NCBI GenBank assembly: GCA_021294815.2
Contig: CP095464.1
Location: 840,001 to 872,000 of the forward strand
Direction: 5' to 3'
From: Verrucomicrobiota bacterium
GTDB lineage: Bacteria; Verrucomicrobiota; Verrucomicrobiia; Opitutales; LL51
DNA length: 32,000 nucleotides
Part shown: positions 26,005 through 32,000 of the stretch, piece by piece
Position numbering within the stretch: position 1 is the first letter of the stretch
Layout of the letters: each line of letters begins with the position of its first letter
Notes under the pieces: model-generated
The model's database searches: none
What the model saw: only the letters and a program-made list of their open reading frames with translations
Told to the model about the DNA's origin: nothing
Program-made: the position numbers and the translations under genes

Positions 26005-26043
26005 GCCCACCGCTTCGCCATGAATCAACGCGGGAAATTCCGC

Positions 26044-26919
26044 ATGGCGAGGATAATCGACGGTAAAATAATCGCAAATGATATTTTAACTGAAATTAAA
26101 CAAACCGTCAATCGTTGTACTCGTCCGCCACATGTTGTTTTTATCCGTGTTGGTGAAGATCCGGCGTCGGTTATTTATGTCAATCGAAAGCAGAAGGTTG
26201 CTTATGAAGTTGGGATTCGGAGCACAACATTGACTTTCCCAGCGGATGTTACGCTAACAGAACTTCTGGCAACAATTGACAGGTTGAATCGCGATCCGGA
26301 GGTGGACGGGATTTTAGTCCAAGCGCCATTGCCAAGGGAGGCGATACAACGCGCAGCCTTTTTAGCGCTCGATCCCCAGAAAGACGTCGATGGATTTCAT
26401 CCCTACAATGTGGGGTTGTTGGCACAGGAAGATGATCAGGGATTTATTCCTTGTACGCCGGCCGGAATTTTAGAATTAATTCGCTCCACAAGACAAGACT
26501 TTACCGGTCGACATGCCGTTGTTTTAGGCCGAAGCAGTATTGTTGGAAGACCTATGGGAATGTTGTTAATGCAGCGGAAACCGTGGGGAAATGCAACTGT
26601 GACATTTTGCCATTCCAAGACTCATAATATTGCGCATTACACACGAGAGGCAGATCTTCTTGTTGTCGCTATTGGTCAACCCCATTTTGTGACGGCTGAT
26701 ATGGTGAAGTCCGGTGCAACAGTGATCGATGTGGGTATTAACCGTATTGCCGATCCACAGCGATCTAAAGGATATCGCGTGGTTGGTGATGTCGATTTTG
26801 AACATGTCCAAGAGGTTGTAGATTTCATCACTCCGGTCCCCGGCGGTGTGGGACCGATGACGATCGCGATGTTAATGAAAAACACATTGCTTGCTTATCA
26901 GCGCCATGCTTGTTGCTGA
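26044..26919 (+). CDS. folD: bifunctional methylenetetrahydrofolate dehydrogenase / methenyl-THF cyclohydrolase
   Basis: MARIIDGK..A, VGEDPAS..YV..K, DGILVQ.PLP, VDGFHP.N.G, TPAGI.EL, GRS.IVGRPM..LL and TPVPGGVGPMTIAML are present. The start is taken as ATG 26044, not the ORF-track start at 25993. Confidence 0.92.
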   Translation: MARIIDGKIIANDILTEIKQTVNRCTRPPHVVFIRVGEDPASVIYVNRKQKVAYEVGIRSTTLTFPADVTLTELLATIDRLNRDPEVDGILVQAPLPREAIQRAAFLALDPQKDVDGFHPYNVGLLAQEDDQGFIPCTPAGILELIRSTRQDFTGRHAVVLGRSSIVGRPMGMLLMQRKPWGNATVTFCHSKTHNIAHYTREADLLVVAIGQPHFVTADMVKSGATVIDVGINRIADPQRSKGYRVVGDVDFEHVQEVVDFITPVPGGVGPMTIAMLMKNTLLAYQRHACC

Positions 26920-29101
26920 AGTTGCGATTTTTGCGCCACTTCTGCGCCCATTGACGTATCAGGTTTCGGATGAATTGCTTCATACGCTGAAGATTGGGGC
27001 TTTGGTCAACGTCTTTGTGGGGCGTTCGAAAAAGGTGGGTCTTGTGATTGGGATCCAAGAGCTCGAACAGCCGCCGACTTATCTCGTGAAGCCGATCGTG
27101 AGCATGCTTTACGATGTCCCTGTGACCGATTCCCTGCTCATAGAGCTCTACCACTGGATTGAGCGCTATTATTTTGCCTCTTTTTCGGACGTTTTGGAGG
27201 CAGCTATTCCCCAGGCAATCCGAAAAAATACCGCGATAAAGCTCCAATCGTTACTTCATGCGGAGGAAAATGTGGGCCCAGATGCGAAAAAGTTCCCCAA
27301 GCAGTATGAAGCTTGGTGTTTCTTACGGCAAAATCCGGGGATGCGAAAGGAAGAGTTTCTTAAAAAATTCTCGCGTAATGTTTTTGATGCGCTTCTCAAG
27401 AAACACTTTTTGTACGAGGTGTTTCAACGCCAAGAGCGCCAGGTCTACGAGCAGCTTCTACCTCAAATTGGGATGACGGAAGCGGTAACATTAACAGAGC
27501 CACAACAAGAGGTTTGTGCAATCATTGGGCAAAATCTAGAAAAAAGAACTTTTGGCGTTTATCTCCTGCACGGAGTAACCGGTTCTGGAAAAACCGAGGT
27601 CTACATTAAGATGATCTCAAAAATCATCCATGAGGGTGGTTCCGTGCTTTACCTTCTTCCCGAAGTAACACTGACGGCACAGACTGTTAAAAAGCTCCGC
27701 CAGCGTTTTTCCAATATCCCAGTTCATGTTTGGCATAGCGGACTATCCGAAGGTGAGCGGCGCGATACCTGGTTTCACATCATGGATCATCCCGGAACGT
27801 TAGTCGTCGGCGCGCGATCAGCAATTTTTTTGCCCCTCAAAAATCTAAGGCTTGTCATTGTCGACGAGGAGCATGAACGTACTTACAAGCAAGAAGAAAA
27901 CCCGCGTTATCATGGACGTGATGTTGCCGTTTATCGGGCTAAACTCGCACAAGCGACCTGTATTTTAGGCTCTGCGACGCCTTCACTCGAGTCCTACTAC
28001 AACGCATCGAAAGGAAAATATACATTAGTCACGCTGCCGCAACGCGTCGATCACCGCGCATTACCGCAAGTTACGATCGTTGATATGCGCTACGAAAAAG
28101 GGGCGGCTTTTTCAAAAATCTTGCAGGATAAAATGGGGGAGCGTTTCGAACGTCAGGAACAGGTGATGCTTTTTTTGAATCGCCGAGGGTTTGCGCCGAC
28201 TGTTTTATGCCCGTCTTGCGATTATGTAGCGACGTGTCCGCATTGTAGTATTCCTCTAACTTACCACAAGTCGCGACAAACACTCCTATGCCATTTTTGT
28301 GGATATGAAACTGCGCCTACAAAAGTATGCCCAAAATGTGGCGCTCCGGAAATTCTTTACCGCGGGCTAGGAACGCAGCGCGTCGAAGAGGTTGTCCAAA
28401 AAATTTTTCCGCAAGTACGCTTTGCACGTCTGGATTCGGATATTCTCCAGAAAAAATACGCTTTTATTGAGGTTTTAGAGCGATTTCAAAAACGTGAACT
28501 CGATCTATTGATCGGTACGCAGATGATCGCCAAGGGCCTCGATTTTCCCAACGTAACGCTTGTAGGGCTTATCAATGCCGATGGGAGCCTTTCGCAACAG
28601 GATTTTCGGGCTAATGAGCGGACTTTTCAGCTCTTAGTCCAGGTTGCAGGACGTTCTGGGCGCGGCGACCTCCCCGGTGAAGTTGTTGTCCAAACGCGGA
28701 TCCCGGGAAATGAGACGCTTTATTTTGCTAAAAATACCGATTACAGCGCATTTTTCGAAAAAGAACTTACGGAGCGCGAGATGTTCCACTATCCCCCATG
28801 TCGGCATATGATCGCACTTCATATTTCGAGTCGAAATGCGTCGCTTGCTGAGCTATGGAGTCAGGATTTTTTAAAAAAAACACTGCAACCATCATATAGT
28901 TGTTTTCCACCGCAAACGGATATCCGTGGCCCTGTGCCATCGCCGGTTGAAAAGGTCCAAGATCGCTACCGCTTCGTTCTTTACTTTTTAACGCCGCAAG
29001 TCAGTCGCACGGTTCAAACGCTCAGAGCTCTTCTTGAAACGTGTACAATTCCTAAAGAAATTACACTAGCGTGGGATGTCGATGCCTACGACTTTTCTTA
29101 A
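26906..29101 (+). CDS. priA: primosomal replication-restart helicase PriA (protein N')
   Basis: N-terminal VAEVAI..PL...TYQV, Walker A GVTGSGKTEVY, DEEHE, the Cys-rich zinc region CPSCDYVATCPHCSIPLTYHK....LLCHFCGYE.....CPKCG, then GTQ..AKG.DFPNVTLVG. ATG 26906 overlaps the folD stop by 14 nt (ORF track: 26891). Confidence 0.92.
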   Translation: MLVAEVAIFAPLLRPLTYQVSDELLHTLKIGALVNVFVGRSKKVGLVIGIQELEQPPTYLVKPIVSMLYDVPVTDSLLIELYHWIERYYFASFSDVLEAAIPQAIRKNTAIKLQSLLHAEENVGPDAKKFPKQYEAWCFLRQNPGMRKEEFLKKFSRNVFDALLKKHFLYEVFQRQERQVYEQLLPQIGMTEAVTLTEPQQEVCAIIGQNLEKRTFGVYLLHGVTGSGKTEVYIKMISKIIHEGGSVLYLLPEVTLTAQTVKKLRQRFSNIPVHVWHSGLSEGERRDTWFHIMDHPGTLVVGARSAIFLPLKNLRLVIVDEEHERTYKQEENPRYHGRDVAVYRAKLAQATCILGSATPSLESYYNASKGKYTLVTLPQRVDHRALPQVTIVDMRYEKGAAFSKILQDKMGERFERQEQVMLFLNRRGFAPTVLCPSCDYVATCPHCSIPLTYHKSRQTLLCHFCGYETAPTKVCPKCGAPEILYRGLGTQRVEEVVQKIFPQVRFARLDSDILQKKYAFIEVLERFQKRELDLLIGTQMIAKGLDFPNVTLVGLINADGSLSQQDFRANERTFQLLVQVAGRSGRGDLPGEVVVQTRIPGNETLYFAKNTDYSAFFEKELTEREMFHYPPCRHMIALHISSRNASLAELWSQDFLKKTLQPSYSCFPPQTDIRGPVPSPVEKVQDRYRFVLYFLTPQVSRTVQTLRALLETCTIPKEITLAWDVDAYDFS

Positions 29102-29584
29102 CTAAATTTTCAGTAACAGACAAACGGCATAACAGGCAATCGCCTTGTCGCCACCAATACTATCCAGTCCTTCATTGGTTTTCGCCTTAATGCTGATATT
29201 GTGAGGTTCCGTATCGAGGATTGGTGCGAGATGATGACGCATCGCAGAGGTGTAGGGAGCCAATACAGGTGCTTGGGCGATGATGGTTGTATCGATATTG
29301 CTGATTTGATAGCCTTTGGGTTGGATCATTTCTGCGAACACCGTACGCAACAAACCGCATGAATTTTCACCTAACAGCTTTGGATCTTGATCGGGGAAAG
29401 TTTGCCCAATATCCGGAAGCGCAAGGGCCCCAAGTAAAGAGTCGATAATCGCATGGCAAACAACGTCGCCGTCCGAATGCCCTAATAATCCCCTAGGGTA
29501 GTCGATGTGTTGCCCTCCGAGGACTAGTACTCGCCCCTCAACGAGACGGTGAATATCGTAACCATGGCCAACTCTCAGCTCCAT
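29102..29584 (-). CDS. ispF: 2-C-methyl-D-erythritol 2,4-cyclodiphosphate synthase
   Basis: RVGHGYDIHRL...GHSDGDVVCHAIIDSLLGA..L.DIG..FPD...K...S..LL and a typical length of 160 aa. Confidence 0.93.
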   Translation of the reverse strand: MELRVGHGYDIHRLVEGRVLVLGGQHIDYPRGLLGHSDGDVVCHAIIDSLLGALALPDIGQTFPDQDPKLLGENSCGLLRTVFAEMIQPKGYQISNIDTTIIAQAPVLAPYTSAMRHHLAPILDTEPHNISIKAKTNEGLDSIGGDKAIACYAVCLLLKI

Positions 29585-30234
29585 CGTTCGATAATTTTTA
29601 GGGCGGCAGCGTAGGTATCCGGTAGCGGCGCGTCAATGGTGTAGTTGTTACCACACAGAGGGAATGAAACGGAGCTCAAGTGAATCATTACGGAGTCGTA
29701 AATGGGCTCGGGCGGACCTTTGCGATTTTCTTTGACGTGCGACTTTAAATCAGAAAGCGAAGGAATGGGAGTTGTATTGTAAAGGGACTCTCCGAGGACC
29801 GGAATTCCAACTTCGTACGCGTGAATTCGGATTTGGTGTGGGCGGATAAAATGCGTTTCTGCTGACCAAAGCGTGAAAGATTTGCCGATATTGTTCTGCT
29901 TTTGAAACTTCGTTTGGGCCTGTTTCCCCATCCGGTGTGAGATTTTCATACCGTTGCCATCAGCACTCTTTGCAATGGGCAAAGAACATGTAATGGATTC
30001 CTCCAGTACCTGTTTTTGTGCCAGTACGGTCCAATGGAATGTAAACTGCTGCGACCCATAAGCATTGCGCAACTCGCATAGACTTCCTTTATTTTTTGCA
30101 TAAAGCACTACACCACTTAACTCCGGATCGAGGGGATAGATTCCTTGCGGAAAAATTTCGTTGGGATGCTTCAACACCCCCTGCCAACCATCAGTAGCAT
30201 CAAGTACATGACGATGTGGCAGTTCCGTAAGCAC
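29575..30234 (-). CDS. divergent RluA-family pseudouridine synthase-like protein (no S4 domain)
   Basis: YPLDPELSGVVLYAKN occupies the position of the HRLD..TSG catalytic loop with the Asp retained, and RPHQIRIHAYEVGIPVLGESLY matches the R.HQIR.H....G.P..GD.LY motif. GTG start. Its stop overlaps the ispF start by 10 nt. Confidence 0.6.
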   Translation of the reverse strand: MLTELPHRHVLDATDGWQGVLKHPNEIFPQGIYPLDPELSGVVLYAKNKGSLCELRNAYGSQQFTFHWTVLAQKQVLEESITCSLPIAKSADGNGMKISHRMGKQAQTKFQKQNNIGKSFTLWSAETHFIRPHQIRIHAYEVGIPVLGESLYNTTPIPSLSDLKSHVKENRKGPPEPIYDSVMIHLSSVSFPLCGNNYTIDAPLPDTYAAALKIIERWS

Positions 30235-30310
30235 GCAAATGACTTTGAGATCTCACACTTAAGAGACAATAAAGATTTACGTCAATGGGCGAGAATCTAC
30301 ACTCCGCAAC

Positions 30311-30916
30311 GTGTCAAAGCGCCAGAATTACAGCGGATTTACCTTTATCGAGATGATTGCCATAATTGCGACGATTGCGTTAATATTACTTTTTCTGGGG
30401 CGTTTTCATTGGAAGAATGGGGAGCCGCGGCAAATTCAAATTGCGACAAAAATGGTGACCACGGTGCTCAACCAGGCGCGTCACGAGGCTATAAACCAAG
30501 GGTGCGATGTCTTTGTTGCTGTCGATTTGTCGACGACTTTCGCCCAGCGGCGCCTTGTGCAACTCGTACGTTCAGAGGATCATTGTCGCATCATCCGAGA
30601 AATTTTACTGCCGGAGCACTGTTTTATTTTAACGGCACAGGATCTAAAAATATTTAATTTAAGCGATTTCGATATGCCGGAGGAAGAGGAAGTGATTGTA
30701 GGATCCCAAAAGATTCTCGGTTATTGCATTCGCTTTGCCGAAAATGGTTCGCATGCGGGCGACGAGTCAAGCACCCTACTCGCACTAGGCTATGGCCATC
30801 GAAAATCGGGAAAAGATGAAGTAAAGATTGTTTTTGATCGCACCATTTCACCGGCTATTATTGTGGTCAACCGTTTTGGACGTACTTTTGTGTCTTCAAA
30901 AAACATTAATAAATGA
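30311..30916 (+). CDS. GspH/FimT-like minor pseudopilin (prepilin-type N-terminal methylation motif)
   Basis: MSKRQNYSGFTFIEMIAIIATIALILL carries the G/FTFIEM motif with E at +5, followed by ...VLNQARHEAINQGCDVFVAV, reminiscent of the GspH/FimT domain. GTG start. Confidence 0.65.
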   Translation: MSKRQNYSGFTFIEMIAIIATIALILLFLGRFHWKNGEPRQIQIATKMVTTVLNQARHEAINQGCDVFVAVDLSTTFAQRRLVQLVRSEDHCRIIREILLPEHCFILTAQDLKIFNLSDFDMPEEEEVIVGSQKILGYCIRFAENGSHAGDESSTLLALGYGHRKSGKDEVKIVFDRTISPAIIVVNRFGRTFVSSKNINK

Positions 30917-31341
30917 CGAAACGCGGATTTTCACTGCTTGAGGTTGTTTTGGCAATTGGGCTATTAGGGAGTGTTCTGGTTGTTCTGCTTGGTTATATGG
31001 TCGATTCGGCCAAAAATACACGGAATACTGCGGAAAAGATTTTGTTGCAAAATGCACAAAGAAATTTCGAAAATTACTTTCTTGTCGCCCGTAAGCCACT
31101 AATGTCAGAGGGAGAAACTTTATATTATGGCCGTCGCGGAGACTGTTGGCAACTCAACGCCCAGTCTGTAAACTTCGATGGAGAAGTTTTTCTGCTCAAA
31201 CACATGAAGACAGAGCAATCGAAAAATATTGCGTTCATAACTTATGGACTGCTGCCGTGGAGTGCAGGCAATAGAAAGACCGTCAATAGTCATCCAACCG
31301 AAATCGTTCAGGCTGTTGCGGTATCGGATCTGGAAAATTGA
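30913..31341 (+). CDS. prepilin-type N-terminal cleavage/methylation domain protein (pseudopilin)
   Basis: MTKRGFSLLEVVLAIGLLGSVLVVLLG is a canonical leader plus hydrophobic helix. Its ATG overlaps the upstream stop (ATGA). Confidence 0.65.
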   Translation: MTKRGFSLLEVVLAIGLLGSVLVVLLGYMVDSAKNTRNTAEKILLQNAQRNFENYFLVARKPLMSEGETLYYGRRGDCWQLNAQSVNFDGEVFLLKHMKTEQSKNIAFITYGLLPWSAGNRKTVNSHPTEIVQAVAVSDLEN

Positions 31342-31396
31342 GCAAGGAAAACACTTAAACTCATCATCGGTGTGGTTTTCGTTTGCCAAAGTACGT

Positions 31397-31422
31397 AAAG
31401 CCGTCAGCATCGGCTTTTCTTC
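31397..31422 (+). terminator. weak candidate intrinsic terminator after the pseudopilin pair
   Basis: AAAGCCG (31397-31403), loop TCAGCAT, CGGCTTT (31411-31417), followed by TCTTC. The U-tract is interrupted and the ATG of the next gene follows within about 10 nt. Confidence 0.3.
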
Positions 31423-31426
31423 GGGC

Positions 31427-32000
31427 ATGTGGTGGAGTTGTTTTGAGGTTCTGCTCGGGTTTGTCCTGCTTTTTTACGGAGGTGGGCGCGTTTGTCGCAG
31501 CGCGTCGGCATTGGCTGTAGCATTGGGGGTAAGCCGCTTTGTGATTGGTATGACCCTAGTCGCGCTTTCGACTTCAGCTCCGGAGTTCATTACCTCGCTG
31601 TTAGCGACGATCGATCATCATCCAGAGCTTGTTTTAGGGAATGTTATTGGCAGCAATCTTCTCAACATCGGCTGTGCCGCGGGGTTGGTTGCGCTCATTT
31701 GTCCTTTTTCAATTACCTCACGCGTGATTGAGATTGAGATGCCATTTCTTTTCGGCGTCACCTTTGTCTTCGCGCTTCTTATATTGTTTTCAAAAGCCAA
31801 TCTAATGGCGGGAGCTCTATCGCTATTGGTGGGTATCATCTATTTGTATCGCATCTGTAAGGCTGATGTTTTAGAAACACCGGAGGCCGTAGAGGCAATA
31901 AAAATTTCGGTAGGGTCCAGGCTCATATCGTTTGCCGTTGGGATTTTGGGTTTATTTTTAGGGGCACATTGGGTTGTTTCTGGTAGTCTCCATATGGCCC
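31427..32000 (+). CDS. Ca2+/cation antiporter (CaCA / YrbG-like), N-terminal part; continues beyond the window
   Basis: I translated this myself; it is not in the ORF track because no stop falls within the window. It reads MWWSCFEVLLGFVLLFYGG...VIGMTLVALSTSAPEFITSL....PELVLGNVIGSNLLNIG (alpha-1 repeat signature). Several TM helices follow and the frame is open to nt 32000. Confidence 0.85.
   Translation, partial: MWWSCFEVLLGFVLLFYGGGRVCRSASALAVALGVSRFVIGMTLVALSTSAPEFITSLLATIDHHPELVLGNVIGSNLLNIGCAAGLVALICPFSITSRVIEIEMPFLFGVTFVFALLILFSKANLMAGALSLLVGIIYLYRICKADVLETPEAVEAIKISVGSRLISFAVGILGLFLGAHWVVSGSLHMA

Noticed and set aside
30145-30657. 170-aa plus-strand ORF overlapping the RluA-like start and the GspH-like gene
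   Set aside because: The prepilin motif and GspH-like segment are in a different frame (30311-30916), and this ORF is Cys/Arg-rich with no motif.
31120-31428. 102-aa minus-strand ORF opposite the second pseudopilin gene
   Set aside because: It is antisense to a gene with a canonical prepilin leader and runs into the antiporter start, and it has no supporting signal.

Overview
The window is almost entirely coding and looks like core chromosome, not an obvious mobile or defence island. It probably comes from a compact-genome bacterium of the PVC group (Verrucomicrobiota-like). That placement is an inference from a MurC-MurB fusion, several prepilin-type proteins, a Bat/aerotolerance-type operon and a CesT-like chaperone. 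Recognisable genes on the + strand are ppdK (3' end), an ABC-F ATPase, aspS, tRNA-Val(GAC), pheS, folD, priA, two pseudopilins and a CaCA antiporter (5' part). On the - strand they are a NIF3-family gene, ftsK, a UvrD-like helicase, rsmE, a six-gene DUF4381/BatA/BatB-C/BatD/BatE-like operon, a PpiD-like chaperone, a pilin-like gene, malQ, a murC-murB fusion, ispF and an RluA-like synthase. I found no transposase, integrase, CRISPR array, rRNA or recognisable defence gene. I cannot point to a proven novel system. The best candidates for a second look are: (1) a terminator-isolated, translationally coupled pair of a CesT/SycE-like acidic chaperone and a very basic 118-aa protein (17807-18738), next to a monocistronic orphan lipoprotein; (2) the BatB-BatC fusion gene, which carries 46 perfect AAGGAC units ((KD)46), 11 nonamer units ((DQN)11) and a C8 tract exactly at the domain junction; (3) the MurC-MurB fusion sitting outside a dcw context. 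All family calls come from motifs read by eye in the supplied translations; no database search was possible.
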